A stretch of 64,000 nucleotides of DNA from Candidatus Babeliales bacterium. GTDB taxonomy: Bacteria; Babelota; Babeliae; Babelales; JANWKD01. Both the position numbers and the translations under genes were made by a program. Shown in pieces: positions 52,601 to 62,569 of the stretch (its first letter is position 1; the number at the start of each line of letters is the position of its first letter). The notes beneath the pieces were generated by a model. The model had not been told where the DNA came from and searched no databases. It was given only the letters and a program-made list of their open reading frames with translations. The stretch lies in NCBI GenBank assembly GCA_963722075.1, contig CAVRJM010000001.1, forward strand, positions 704,001 to 768,000, read 5' to 3'.

Positions 52601-53977
52601 GCTATTTTTGGTGAAAAATCACGTGAAGTACGTGATACTTCATTGAAAGTACCACCTGGGGTAGAAGGTACGGTTATTGACGTTAAAGTATTTTCTCGCA
52701 GTGGTGTAAGAAAAGACAAACGGTACAAAGATATCATTGCTAAACAAATTGAAAAATTGGAAGCTGAATTTGCCACACATCAAGAGTTTCTGCATAAAAT
52801 GGTAAGTCAAAAACTTATAGCATTCTTAGCTGGCCAAAAAGCATCAAGCAAAACTGCTGCAAAACTGCTTAAAAATGATAAATTTGATAAAGCAAAACTT
52901 GAACAACTTTCCCCGGTCGACTTACTTGCTTTGAAGCCTGAAGATAAAGAAGTTAACGAAGAAGTAAAAAAACTAAAAGACGCTTTAGAAAACCAGATCA
53001 GAATTCTTGCTGGACTTAAAGAAGAACGTATCAATCGCTTTAAAAAAGGTGATCCTTTACCTTCTGGTGTTATTAAAATGGTTAAAGTCTATATCGCAAG
53101 CAAGCGAAGTGTCGCTGTTGGTGATAAAGTTGCTGGTCGCCATGGTAATAAAGGCGTTGTGTCTATTATTTTACCACGCGAAGATATGCCTTATTTAGAT
53201 AATGGTACACCAGTAGATATCGTGCTTAACCCACTTGGTGTTCCTTCACGTATGAACGTAGGTCAAATTCTGGAAACAGTACTTGGATTTGCCGGCACTG
53301 AGCTTGGTAAAAAACTAGGTGAAACCTTAAAAACTGATTCCTATAAAAAAGTTAAAGAATTTCTTGCTAATTATTTTGGCAACGAAGTTATTAACCTCTA
53401 CGAGAAAGAACATGGTCAAGAAGGTGTAATGGCATTGGCTGAGCGAACTGCCGAATTTGGTGTATCATTTAAAACACCGGTATTTGACGGCGCTCACTAT
53501 GAAACAGATATCAAACCATTATTATCAGAACTTAATTTACCTGATAGTGGCACCTTCAAACTTCGTGATGGCAGAACAGGAAACTATTTTGATCAACCAG
53601 TAACCGTTGGTACCATCTATATGATGAAACTAAACCATATGGTTGATGATAAATTGCATGCGCGTTCAGTTGGACCATATTCCTTAGTAACACAGCAACC
53701 ACTCGGCGGTAAAGCACAAATGGGTGGTCAACGTTTTGGTGAAATGGAAATTTGGGCTCTTGAAGCATATGGTGCTGCATATACATTACAAGAAATGCTT
53801 ACCTACAAATCAGACGATATTAACGGTCGTCCAAAGGTATATGATGCTATTGTTCGTGGTGAGAAATTGCCTGAACCAGGATTGCCAGAAGCATTTAACG
53901 TATTGATTAAAGAATTACAAAGTTTAGGACTACAAGTGGATCTATTCAAAAGCGGCAAGGAGGAAGTAAGTGAATAA
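49655..53977 (+). CDS. rpoB: RNA polymerase beta subunit
   Basis: SQLHRSPG, SQFMDQTNPL, GRICPIETPEG, GDKVAGRHGNKG and GGQRFGEME. Confidence 0.99.
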   Translation: MSSLQLGAHIIRKSFGKIKDIVQVPDLIEIQSKSFNDFVQLDRLPSERTMIGLEKVLKDIFPIDYNDKMSLEYVSYELGSWSCTCNKLTGIVNRYTWHCSSCKKSDCSRLNDNLECPFCKKNTARYKTCSNCLSRVTVQLPMTLEECRSSGQTFSMPLKIKIQLISWDVNPSGQKVVRDIKEQDIFFADLPVMANLYEQDGVFKLGNLGTFLINGVDRVVVSQLHRSPGVVFAQSKKVKDIRGRPYYIARIIPMRGSWLDFEFDSNDLLYVRIDKKKKLLVTTFLQALGVTRDQIIPLFYNFDKINLQNNEFFKKVNTNLLGQRLEKGMVPEKEGAPFIGIRITKDILNQLKNAGIDKLALKKTHIINRVFASDVIDPDTGEIIIEQGQVVTEDLLSLLLKHKSLEFDLIASSGYVFQPTIALTLTQDRCYTQDEALKELHNKIWPGDSSSLKEIKERLESILFSSRLYDLTKVGRIRMNRKLGLSVAEDIEVLTREDIYATIKYLVNLRELGEGELDDIDHLGNRRVRLVGELLNNQLYLGFLRIERIVRERFRMQEFHGALMPQDFLNVKPLSAALREFFGTGQLSQFMDQTNPLAEIAHKRRLSALGPGGVLKDRATYEIRDVHTSHYGRICPIETPEGQTVGLISSLATYAMVNDLGFIETAYRPVEKGKIKDEVVFLDAFQENDKYIAQANTQQANATIKEDRVFARHEGNFMYVDTDKVDFIGLSPKELVSVSTALIPFLEHDDASRALMGSNMQRQAVPLIKCQPPVVGTGMEHEICKSSGAVIVAKRAGTVEYVSSEKIIIKCDEASFKNVEDWIEQGIDTYHLKKFQRSSYSTWIHHTPCVKRGDRVEAGTILTHGPAINSGELALGSNLLVAFMPWHGYNFEDAIVLSKRLVADDSLSSVHIDEYIVDARDTKLGPEEITKDIPNVSDTALSSLDEDGIVRIGTRVKAGDILVGKVTLKGDIQFSPEEKLLRAIFGEKSREVRDTSLKVPPGVEGTVIDVKVFSRSGVRKDKRYKDIIAKQIEKLEAEFATHQEFLHKMVSQKLIAFLAGQKASSKTAAKLLKNDKFDKAKLEQLSPVDLLALKPEDKEVNEEVKKLKDALENQIRILAGLKEERINRFKKGDPLPSGVIKMVKVYIASKRSVAVGDKVAGRHGNKGVVSIILPREDMPYLDNGTPVDIVLNPLGVPSRMNVGQILETVLGFAGTELGKKLGETLKTDSYKKVKEFLANYFGNEVINLYEKEHGQEGVMALAERTAEFGVSFKTPVFDGAHYETDIKPLLSELNLPDSGTFKLRDGRTGNYFDQPVTVGTIYMMKLNHMVDDKLHARSVGPYSLVTQQPLGGKAQMGGQRFGEMEIWALEAYGAAYTLQEMLTYKSDDINGRPKVYDAIVRGEKLPEPGLPEAFNVLIKELQSLGLQVDLFKSGKEEVSE

Positions 53978-56900
53978 TTCAATATTAAGCCGTTTTAGAG
54001 AATATATTAGCAGCGCTCAATTCAATGCTATGAGAATTTCTATTGCTTCTCCGGCAAAGATTAGATCGCTCTCTTATGGCGAAGTAAAGAAGATTGAAAC
54101 AATCAACTATCGAACCTTAAAACCAGAACGCGACGGCTTGTTTTGTGCGCGTATATTTGGTCCCGTTAAAGATTGGGAATGCAACTGCGGTAAATATAAA
54201 CGAATGAAACATCGTGGTGTTACCTGCGAAAAATGTGGTGTTGAAGTTATTCAATCACGGGTACGCCGTGAACGAATGGGTCACATTGAGCTTGTTGCTC
54301 CCGTAAGCCATATTTGGTACCTTAAAGGGGTTCCTAGCTATCTTAGCTTGATTATGGATATGTCGGTTAAGGATTTAGAACGCGTCATCTACTTTGACTG
54401 CTACATCGTTATTCATCAAGGAAATTCTCCTTACCCCCGTAAAACATTATTAACTAATGCTGATTACGAACAATATGTCGATACACACCCAGAAGATATC
54501 AATTTTGTTGCTGATAGTGGTGCTCAAGCAGTTAAAACAATTCTTTCTTTAGTAGATCTTAATCTTGAGATTTTAAAACTTGAAGAAGATTATCAAAAAA
54601 TATCTTCAGTTGCCATTCGCCACAAAATTATGCGTCGTATCAAAATCCTTACCGGATTGATGCATGCTAATATTAGCCCTTCCTGGATGGTTTTAGAAGT
54701 TTTACCCGTATTACCACCTGATTTACGACCATTAGTTCCTTTAGAGGGTGGTCGCTTTGCAAGCTCTGACTTAAATGAATTGTATCGCCGTGTTCTCAAC
54801 AGAAACATTCGTCTGCAAAGACTTATCGAAATTGAAGCTCCTGAAGTTATTATCAAAAATGAAAAACGAATGCTTCAAGAATCTGTAGATGCTTTAATTG
54901 ATAACGGAAGACGTGGTCAACCGGTACGCAGCAATCGCAGGGCGCTCAAATCATTAAGTGAGATGTTACGTGGTAAGCAAGGGCGCTTTAGACAAAATCT
55001 TCTTGGTAAACGAGTAGACTATTCTGGCCGTTCGGTGATTGTGGTTGATCCGGAATTAAAAATGGATCAATGCGGTCTTCCAAAAATTATGGCCTTAGAA
55101 CTATTCAAGCCTTTTGTTTATTCGGGATTAATTGAACGTGAATTTGCACCTAATTTGCGCGTAGCAAAAAAAATGGTTGAAGATTCCGATCCGCTTATTT
55201 GGGATGTGCTGGAAGAAGTGGTACACAATCGTCCTGTACTACTAAACCGTGCCCCTACCTTGCATCGTCTTGGTATTCAAGCATTTTATCCGATTTTAGT
55301 TGATGGAAAAGCGATCAAGATTCACCCATTAGTTTGTTATGCATTTAACGCTGACTTTGACGGTGACCAAATGGCTGTTCATATCCCATTAAATGATTTG
55401 GCACTACTTGAATCAGAAAATATTGTTCTTTCTACCAAAAATATTATTTCAGCAGGAAATGGTCGTCCCGTTACCGTACCTGATAAAGAAATGGTTCTTG
55501 GACTCCATTACATGACCAAAGTTCGGTGTAATGAGGTTGGTGAAGGAATTGTGTTCTCTTCAACTAAAGAAGTGGTTACCGCGTTCCAATTTGAAAAAGT
55601 TAATTTACATGCCCGTATTAAAGTACGTATCAACAATAAAATATATGATACCACTGCCGGCAGAGTATTGTTATTTGATGCGCTTCCTGAGGGATCAGAT
55701 TTTAATTGGGTAAATAAAGTCCTTAAAAAAAGCGACTTAGTAAGTTTAGTTGAAAAGATATATTACCGTTTTGGCAATGAACAAACCGTTCAATGCCTTG
55801 ATAAAATCAAAAAGCTTGGCTTCTATTATTCAACCATGAGTGGTATATCATTTGCAATTGATAACTTAGTAATACCTGCTTATAAAGATTCCATTATTAC
55901 CAAAACCGAACGTGAAGTTAATAAAGTTGAAAAACTATATATGGAAGGTGTTATTACTAACGGTGAACGCTATAATAAAGTTATCAGCTTATGGTTTCAT
56001 GCTACTGCTGATGTTGCAGGCGAAATGAGCAAGGAGTTAGAAAGCCAAAACCATCAATCATTCTTAAATGAAGATAAAGCATTTGAGCCTTTCAACCCTA
56101 TTTTTATGATGCTTGAATCTGGTGCGCGCGGTTCTAAAGATCAAATTAAGCAGCTTGTGGGTATGCGTGGACCAATGGCAAAACCATCTGGTGAAATTAT
56201 GGAAACACCAGTTATTAGTAATTTTAAAGAAGGCTTAAGTGAATTTGAATACTTTATTTCTACTCACGGTGCACGTAAAGGTCAGGCTGATACTGCGTTA
56301 AAAACAGCAAACTCTGGTTATCTTACCCGTCGACTTGTTGACGTTGCACAAGATGTGGTAACTACCATCCATGATTGTAAAACATTAGGCTATATTGAAT
56401 TAGAAGCGCTAAAAGAATCTGGCGATGTGCTTTCTCCGCTTTCCAATAGAAGTTATGGTCGTGTTTTAGCTGCAGATCTCAAAGATCCTGTTTCTGGACA
56501 ATTATTGTTTAAACAAGGCGATATTATAAAGCGTGAAGATTTAGAAACTATTGCAAATTCAGCAGCATCAAAAATGCTAGTCCGATCAGTACTCACTTGC
56601 CAGGCAAAACGTGGCGTATGCTCCCTTTGCTATGGCGTTGATCTTTCTAAAGGTAAGCTCATTGATGTAGGTGCTACGGTGGGAATTATCGCAGCACAAT
56701 CTATTGGTGAACCAGGAACACAGCTTACCATGAGAACGTTCCACATTGGTGGTACGGCTAGTGGTTTGGGTGATCAGCCATACATTACTGCAAAATACCC
56801 AGGAATCATCCAGTGGCGTAACATTCGTACCGTAAAAAATCGCGAAGGCCAAAACGTTGTAATGACACGCCAAGCACGGATGTTAATTCTATCTGAGGAT

Positions 56901-58079
56901 GGTCGAGAGCTACAACGAAATGAAATTGAATATGGCTCAGTTATTTTAGTTGAAGATGGAACTCACATTAAAGTTGGTCAAAAGCTAATAGAATGGGATG
57001 CCAATAGCCGTGTTATATTAACTGAGAAAGCTGGTACAGTTAAATATCTCGATCTTATTGAAAATATAACTATTCAAAATAGATTTGATAAAGCTACTAA
57101 TAAATCTACTAAGGTTATTCTTGATCATAAGGGTGAAAAATACCAGCCATCAATTAGTATTATTGATAACACCGGTGAAGAAATTGCTCAATATTATTTA
57201 CCAACCAGTTCATATGTGGTGGTTGAAGACAATCAATCAGTATCAGTTGGTGATATTTTAGTAAAAATGCCACGAGAAATCTCTAAAACTAAAGATATTA
57301 CCGGTGGTTTACCTGCTATTGCAGAACTCTTTGAAGCACGAGTACCTAAAGATCCTTCTATCATAGCAGATATTGATGGTGAGGTGGTCTTTGGTGGATT
57401 ACATCGCGGTCTTCGTAAAATAAGTATTGTAAATGGGTATGAAACCTTTGACTATTTTGTACCACGCGGTAAGCAAATAAACGTTGCCAATGGCGATCGC
57501 GTATCTGCTGGTGATGCATTAACGTCGGGAACTCCTGTTTTACATGATATTTTAAAAATACTTGGACCTGAAGCATTGCAAAGACATTTAGTTAATCGTA
57601 TTCAAGAAATATATTTACTCCAAGGAATTACGATTAATGACCGTCATATTGAGCTTATTGTTCGGCAAATGTTACGAAAAGTACGTATCGTTGATCAAGG
57701 GGATACCGATTTCCTTATTGGTGACCGTGTTGATCGTATTCATTTTAAATCAGTAAACTCAATTTTACAGGCAGAAGGCAAAAAGACCGCAACTGCTAAA
57801 CCAACGCTCATGGGACTTACGCTTGCTTCTTTAGCTACTGAAAGCTTTATTTCAGCAGCTTCGTTCCAAGAAACAACTAAGATTTTATCTGAAGCATCTG
57901 TTTCTGGTCAGATCGATAATTTATATGGATTAAAAGAAAATATAATTATCGGTAAAATAATACCAGCCGGTACCGGAATCAAGTCTTTTAGAGTTAAATA
58001 TCTAGGTGATAATGAGTCTGAGTTGGAACGTCAAGCAAAAGTAGAAGAAATGAGCGTATTACAAGAACTTGGTGGATAA
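53970..58079 (+). CDS. rpoC: RNA polymerase beta' subunit
   Basis: NADFDGDQMA, zinc fingers and GEPGTQLTMRTFH; GTG start overlapping rpoB. Confidence 0.99.
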   Translation: MNNSILSRFREYISSAQFNAMRISIASPAKIRSLSYGEVKKIETINYRTLKPERDGLFCARIFGPVKDWECNCGKYKRMKHRGVTCEKCGVEVIQSRVRRERMGHIELVAPVSHIWYLKGVPSYLSLIMDMSVKDLERVIYFDCYIVIHQGNSPYPRKTLLTNADYEQYVDTHPEDINFVADSGAQAVKTILSLVDLNLEILKLEEDYQKISSVAIRHKIMRRIKILTGLMHANISPSWMVLEVLPVLPPDLRPLVPLEGGRFASSDLNELYRRVLNRNIRLQRLIEIEAPEVIIKNEKRMLQESVDALIDNGRRGQPVRSNRRALKSLSEMLRGKQGRFRQNLLGKRVDYSGRSVIVVDPELKMDQCGLPKIMALELFKPFVYSGLIEREFAPNLRVAKKMVEDSDPLIWDVLEEVVHNRPVLLNRAPTLHRLGIQAFYPILVDGKAIKIHPLVCYAFNADFDGDQMAVHIPLNDLALLESENIVLSTKNIISAGNGRPVTVPDKEMVLGLHYMTKVRCNEVGEGIVFSSTKEVVTAFQFEKVNLHARIKVRINNKIYDTTAGRVLLFDALPEGSDFNWVNKVLKKSDLVSLVEKIYYRFGNEQTVQCLDKIKKLGFYYSTMSGISFAIDNLVIPAYKDSIITKTEREVNKVEKLYMEGVITNGERYNKVISLWFHATADVAGEMSKELESQNHQSFLNEDKAFEPFNPIFMMLESGARGSKDQIKQLVGMRGPMAKPSGEIMETPVISNFKEGLSEFEYFISTHGARKGQADTALKTANSGYLTRRLVDVAQDVVTTIHDCKTLGYIELEALKESGDVLSPLSNRSYGRVLAADLKDPVSGQLLFKQGDIIKREDLETIANSAASKMLVRSVLTCQAKRGVCSLCYGVDLSKGKLIDVGATVGIIAAQSIGEPGTQLTMRTFHIGGTASGLGDQPYITAKYPGIIQWRNIRTVKNREGQNVVMTRQARMLILSEDGRELQRNEIEYGSVILVEDGTHIKVGQKLIEWDANSRVILTEKAGTVKYLDLIENITIQNRFDKATNKSTKVILDHKGEKYQPSISIIDNTGEEIAQYYLPTSSYVVVEDNQSVSVGDILVKMPREISKTKDITGGLPAIAELFEARVPKDPSIIADIDGEVVFGGLHRGLRKISIVNGYETFDYFVPRGKQINVANGDRVSAGDALTSGTPVLHDILKILGPEALQRHLVNRIQEIYLLQGITINDRHIELIVRQMLRKVRIVDQGDTDFLIGDRVDRIHFKSVNSILQAEGKKTATAKPTLMGLTLASLATESFISAASFQETTKILSEASVSGQIDNLYGLKENIIIGKIIPAGTGIKSFRVKYLGDNESELERQAKVEEMSVLQELGG

Positions 58080-58087
58080 AAATGAAG

Positions 58088-58162
58088 AGGCGCGTAGCTC
58101 AGTGGCAGAGCATTGCTTTGACGTAGCAAGGGTCAGCGGTTCAAATCCGCTCGCGCCTACCA
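58088..58162 (+). tRNA. tRNA-Val(GAC)
   Basis: AGGCGCG/CGCGCCT stem, TTGCT-TT-GAC-GT-AGCAA arm, CCA. Confidence 0.93.
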
Positions 58163-58189
58163 GAGGTACATAATTTCATAAGGAATTTA

Positions 58190-58453
58190 ATGAATAAAGA
58201 ACTTAAAAAACAGTTAATACAAAAATTTAAACAAAGTGAAAAAGATACTGGATCTGTTGAATTGCAAATTGCTTTATTAACAAGTCGTATTGAAAGCTTA
58301 ACAAACCATTTTAAAACACATCGAAAAGATTTCGGCTCAAAGCAAGGTCTTTTTAAATTGGTAAGTCGTCGTAAAAAGTATTTACAATATTTAGAAAAAA
58401 ACGATATAGAAAAGTATAGAAATTTAATGGATCGCCTTGAGATTCGAAAATAA
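58190..58453 (+). CDS. rpsO: 30S ribosomal protein S15
   Basis: DTGSVELQIALLT and HRKDFGSKQGL. Confidence 0.97.
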   Translation: MNKELKKQLIQKFKQSEKDTGSVELQIALLTSRIESLTNHFKTHRKDFGSKQGLFKLVSRRKKYLQYLEKNDIEKYRNLMDRLEIRK

Positions 58454-58483
58454 TAAGTTAACAAAAATGCATATAGGTTTTTA

Positions 58484-60574
58484 ATGGTACATAAATTCAA
58501 TTTAAAAGATTTTGATTACGAAGTAGAAATAGGTAAATTTGCAACTCAAGCTGATGGTGCAGTATGGTTTAAACAAGGAGGAACTGTTGTTTTAGCAACC
58601 GTTGTTTCTGCTCCTTCTTCAGAATTTCCAGGATTTTTACCATTAACAATCGAATATCGTGAGCAATTTGCTGCCGCTGGAAAGATTCCTGGCGGTTATT
58701 TTAAGCGAGAAGGTAAGTCTACTGATAAAGAAGTTTTAACAGGAAGGCTTATTGACCGCTCTTTAAGACCTTTATTTCCGGAAAACTATTTTAATCAAAT
58801 ACAAATTATTGTAACGGTCTATTCAGTCGATAAGGAACACCAACCTTCAACTATGGCTCTTTGCGCAGCATCGTTAGCACTATCAGTTTCAAAAATTCCA
58901 TTTTTAGGACCGGTGGGCGCCGTCGATATCGCCAGAGTAGATGGCAAGCTTATTTTAAATCCGCTTTACTCTGAATCACTGCAATCAGATATTCGTATTA
59001 CCGTGGCAGGAACCAAAGAAGGTATCAACATGGTTGAAGGTGGAACCAATGAGATTTCTGAACAAGAAATGGTTGATATGTTCTTTAAAGCCCATGCCCT
59101 TATTAAAGATCAAATTGCATGGCAAGAAAAAATTCAACAAGAAGTAGGCATCCCTAAAGAAGCGATTGTTGATACAATCAACTGGAATGAATGGAACAAT
59201 AAGTTTAATTCATTCTTAACCGAAGAGCGCGTTCGCTCTACTTTCATTGCCGATAAAGTTATTCGTAACCAGGCCCTTGATACCATTCGCGATGAATTTA
59301 AAAAGGAACATCAACAGCAAATTGAAGAACAAAAGATTAATGATAAAATTCTTGAATATCTCTTAGATGATGTCTTAAAGAAAAAGATCAACGATCTTAT
59401 ATTTAAACTTCAAAAGCGTATTGATGGCAGAACATTTGATCAAGTACGTTATGTTTCTACTGAAGTTGGCCTTTTACCTTTCACTCATGGATCAGCATTA
59501 TTTAATCGCGGCAGAACTCAGGCACTCGTCTCGGTAACCCTTGGTGGTGGGCAAGATGAACAAAAAGTTGAAGATCTTATGGGAAATACGGTTGAAAAAT
59601 CGTTTATGCTTCACTATAATTTCCCCCCCTTTTCAGTTGGTGAGGTACGCCCAATGCGTGGCCCCGGAAGACGAGAAATTGGCCATGGTCATCTAGCAGC
59701 TTCAGCTGTTGAACCAATGCTTCCTAAAAAAGATGCGTTCCCTTACACCATTCGTATCGTTGCCGATATGTTAGAATCTGATGGATCTACATCTATGGCA
59801 ACCGTCTGTGGTTCTACCATGAGCCTTATGAATGCCGGCGTTCCTATTAAAAAAATGGTAAGTGGTATTGCGATGGGCCTACTACAAAGCAATCAAGGTG
59901 ATTTTCAACCTATCAGTGATATTTGCGGTATTGAAGACGCATTTGGTTTAATGGATTTTAAAGTAGCTGGAACTGAAGACGGTATAACGGCGATCCAAAT
60001 GGATATCAAATATAAAGGCGGATTACCACGAGAAGTATTTCAAAAAGCTCTTGAACAGGCAAAAAAAGGACGTCTCCACATATTAAATGAGATGAAAAAA
60101 GTTATGTCCAAGCCAAATCCAACGCTTTCTGAATTAGTTCCACATATCATTTCATTTAAAGTACCTACTGATAAAATTGGTGCTATTATTGGTACTGGCG
60201 GTAAAACTATTCGCAGTATTATTGATAAAACCGGCGTTATGATTGATATTGAAGATGATGGTTTGGTAAAAATTTATGGCCACCCAGGTCCAAAAATGGA
60301 TTATGCAATCAATTGGGTTAAAGTGCTTGGCGGGCATATTGAAAAAGGTCAAATTTTCCACGGTAAAATTAAACGTATTGCTGAATTTGGTCTTTTTGTG
60401 GAAATGGTACCGGATTTTGATGGGCTTGTTCACATATCAATGATCCCAAAAAATAAGCAAGCAAACTTATCACGTGAATATAAGATTGATGAGCCAGCTA
60501 CAGTAGAAGTGCTTGATTATGATGAAAGTTCTGGCAGAGTTCGTCTTAAATTAGTTGAAGAAGATAAAAAATAA
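58484..60574 (+). CDS. pnp: Polyribonucleotide nucleotidyltransferase (PNPase)
   Basis: GKIPGGYFKRE, RREIGHG, GSTSMA, MDFKVAGT; KH and S1 domains. Confidence 0.98.
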   Translation: MVHKFNLKDFDYEVEIGKFATQADGAVWFKQGGTVVLATVVSAPSSEFPGFLPLTIEYREQFAAAGKIPGGYFKREGKSTDKEVLTGRLIDRSLRPLFPENYFNQIQIIVTVYSVDKEHQPSTMALCAASLALSVSKIPFLGPVGAVDIARVDGKLILNPLYSESLQSDIRITVAGTKEGINMVEGGTNEISEQEMVDMFFKAHALIKDQIAWQEKIQQEVGIPKEAIVDTINWNEWNNKFNSFLTEERVRSTFIADKVIRNQALDTIRDEFKKEHQQQIEEQKINDKILEYLLDDVLKKKINDLIFKLQKRIDGRTFDQVRYVSTEVGLLPFTHGSALFNRGRTQALVSVTLGGGQDEQKVEDLMGNTVEKSFMLHYNFPPFSVGEVRPMRGPGRREIGHGHLAASAVEPMLPKKDAFPYTIRIVADMLESDGSTSMATVCGSTMSLMNAGVPIKKMVSGIAMGLLQSNQGDFQPISDICGIEDAFGLMDFKVAGTEDGITAIQMDIKYKGGLPREVFQKALEQAKKGRLHILNEMKKVMSKPNPTLSELVPHIISFKVPTDKIGAIIGTGGKTIRSIIDKTGVMIDIEDDGLVKIYGHPGPKMDYAINWVKVLGGHIEKGQIFHGKIKRIAEFGLFVEMVPDFDGLVHISMIPKNKQANLSREYKIDEPATVEVLDYDESSGRVRLKLVEEDKK

Positions 60575-60597
60575 CGCTCAACTTAGGATTAAGTTAC

Positions 60598-61374
60598 ATG
60601 GTACGTGCTCATGGTCGTGCTCACGATCAATTAAGACCTATAAAAATTCATTATGATGTAGTAGATTATGCTGCTGCATCTCTATTATATGAGCAAGGAA
60701 GAACAAAAATATTATGCGCCATCACCTTACAAAATGGCGTTCCTCCTTTTTTAAAAGGTAAAAAAACGGGATGGGTAACTGCTGAGTATGCCATGTTACC
60801 AACGGCTACCCATATTCGTAAGGAACGAGACAATTCTCTACATAAACCTAATGGGCGCTCTATAGAAATTTCTCGCTTAATTGGGCGCACCTTTCGCTCT
60901 ATTCTTGATCTTGCTAAACTTGATGAGCGAACCATTATTATTGATTGTGATGTTATTCAAGCAGATGGTAGTACCCGCACTGCATGCATTACGGCCGGCT
61001 TTATTGCCCTCAAATGCGCTATGGATAGATGGTTAAATTCCGGCAAAATTGCACATAACATTATTCAAGAAGAATTAGCTGCAGTATCATTAGGAATTAG
61101 CAATAATGACATTTTATTAGATTTAGATTTTTCAGAAGATGCCCTCACTGATGCTGATTTTAATTTTATTATGACGCGCAGTGGTAAAATTGTAGAAATA
61201 CAAGGATCTGCCGAAAAACACCCCATTAATTGGCAAGATGTAGAAAAAATGCATAAACTTGCCTTGCAAGGAATCACTTCAATTTTTCAACTGGTTGAAG
61301 CACCATCGATGCCGCCTCCGGCAAGCAAAATACCTTTTAATGGTATTAGAATTCGCCCTGAACAAGCTACCTAA
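60598..61374 (+). CDS. rph: Ribonuclease PH
   Basis: GWVTAEYAMLP, GRSIEISRLIGR and QADGSTRTA. Confidence 0.96.
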   Translation: MVRAHGRAHDQLRPIKIHYDVVDYAAASLLYEQGRTKILCAITLQNGVPPFLKGKKTGWVTAEYAMLPTATHIRKERDNSLHKPNGRSIEISRLIGRTFRSILDLAKLDERTIIIDCDVIQADGSTRTACITAGFIALKCAMDRWLNSGKIAHNIIQEELAAVSLGISNNDILLDLDFSEDALTDADFNFIMTRSGKIVEIQGSAEKHPINWQDVEKMHKLALQGITSIFQLVEAPSMPPPASKIPFNGIRIRPEQAT

Positions 61375-61378
61375 TAAT

Positions 61379-62290
61379 ATGGATTTAGTTACCTTTCTTC
61401 ACCAGGAACCTAATCTAACAAATCCTCCTTTGTGTTTTACGAGCACCCAACAAATACCGTTTCTTTTTTCTTTAATTCAAAAAAAATTACGTGGTCATTT
61501 TGATTCATTAGTACATATTGATACCATTGAAAGTGAATCTGCCTTAAAAGCACTCCTGGAAATTTCATTTCTAGATACCAAAACCTTTTATTGGCTCTCA
61601 GAAGAAATTATTACTAAATATCCCTTTTTAACAAAATATCTCCTTACTTATAAAGGGCCACATACAATAGGATTTTTTAGCAGTAAACCCCCTAATATAA
61701 ATCCAATAATACAAATACCGTTACAATTGGATATCAATTCGTATCAACATCTTTTTGCCTTTATGTACCCTACACCAGCTAAAAAAAAAGAAACTATTAC
61801 TCAAAAAGTGTTTGATTTATATAAGACTATTCCTTTTAGTGGTGCTTTTCTTTTAATGCACTATACCCAATTAATTGGCAATAAAAGTGAAACTTTTATT
61901 CAAGAATGGCTTCCTTCCATCATCCAACCAGAAAAATCGTTATTCAACTTGAGTGGTTATTTTTTTGCAAAAAAAACATCATTGTTCTTTGAGCAATGGC
62001 AGCTTATTGAATCTGATTATTCTGAACTTTTTTGGATTACCTACTGGTCAGAGCAACTCTTTAAAGCGTACGCTTATATTCAGTTACAAAAAGCACAACA
62101 GCTAAGAGCTGCTAAGCAAATTGCGTATCGCCTTCCTTTTTCTTTTATACAAAAAGATTGGAAGAATCTTTCCTTAATGGAATTAAAAAAAGCACATAAT
62201 CATATTTATACGTTAGATTGGAATATCAAAAATGGGCTTTCCGGTAATTTTGAACATTTTTACAGCCAATTTTTTTTAAATAGGTTGTAA
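61379..62290 (+). CDS. Probable divergent DNA polymerase III delta subunit (HolA-like)
   Basis: About 300 aa; C-terminal LKKAHNHIYTLDWNIKNG resembles the HolA L...D..IK.G helix; ATG 61379 just after the rph stop. Confidence 0.45.
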   Translation: MDLVTFLHQEPNLTNPPLCFTSTQQIPFLFSLIQKKLRGHFDSLVHIDTIESESALKALLEISFLDTKTFYWLSEEIITKYPFLTKYLLTYKGPHTIGFFSSKPPNINPIIQIPLQLDINSYQHLFAFMYPTPAKKKETITQKVFDLYKTIPFSGAFLLMHYTQLIGNKSETFIQEWLPSIIQPEKSLFNLSGYFFAKKTSLFFEQWQLIESDYSELFWITYWSEQLFKAYAYIQLQKAQQLRAAKQIAYRLPFSFIQKDWKNLSLMELKKAHNHIYTLDWNIKNGLSGNFEHFYSQFFLNRL

Positions 62291-62413
62291 ACAAACTTAG
62301 GCGTCAGGAATAATACTCATTTATAAAGTATTCGCATTCTAAACTTGCTTTATGAATACAATAAAATATACTCTTGCTAGCACAGTAAACCATTATACAT
62401 AAAGGAGTTTCCA

Positions 62414-62569
62414 ATGATAAAAAAACTAATTATCATAACACTTAGTATTGAGTACTATAAAGAAGCAAAATATCACGCGCAAGGCTACTATAAGCAGGAA
62501 CAAGCCGATATTGATTTTTTCACTACAACTATTTCAGATCTTGACCTTAAATTAGTTTTTAATATCTAG
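62414..62569 (+). CDS. 51-aa ORF, possibly an internally deleted secreted-protein gene
   Basis: AAAGGAG RBS, TTGCTT-16-TATACT upstream, MIKKLIIITLSI truncated signal-like start. Confidence 0.35.
   Translation: MIKKLIIITLSIEYYKEAKYHAQGYYKQEQADIDFFTTTISDLDLKLVFNI

Noticed and set aside
51602..61277. Antisense and alternate-frame ORFs inside rpoB, rpoC, rpsO, pnp and rph (similarly within pcrA, atpD, murA, ffh)
   Set aside because: Typical shadows of conserved genes with no independent coding evidence.
61259..61378. N-terminal extension of the HolA-like ORF, and similar extensions at 11904, 18211, 32198, 34003 and 34523
   Set aside because: They overlap neighbouring genes or precede a better ATG with an RBS and signal peptide.
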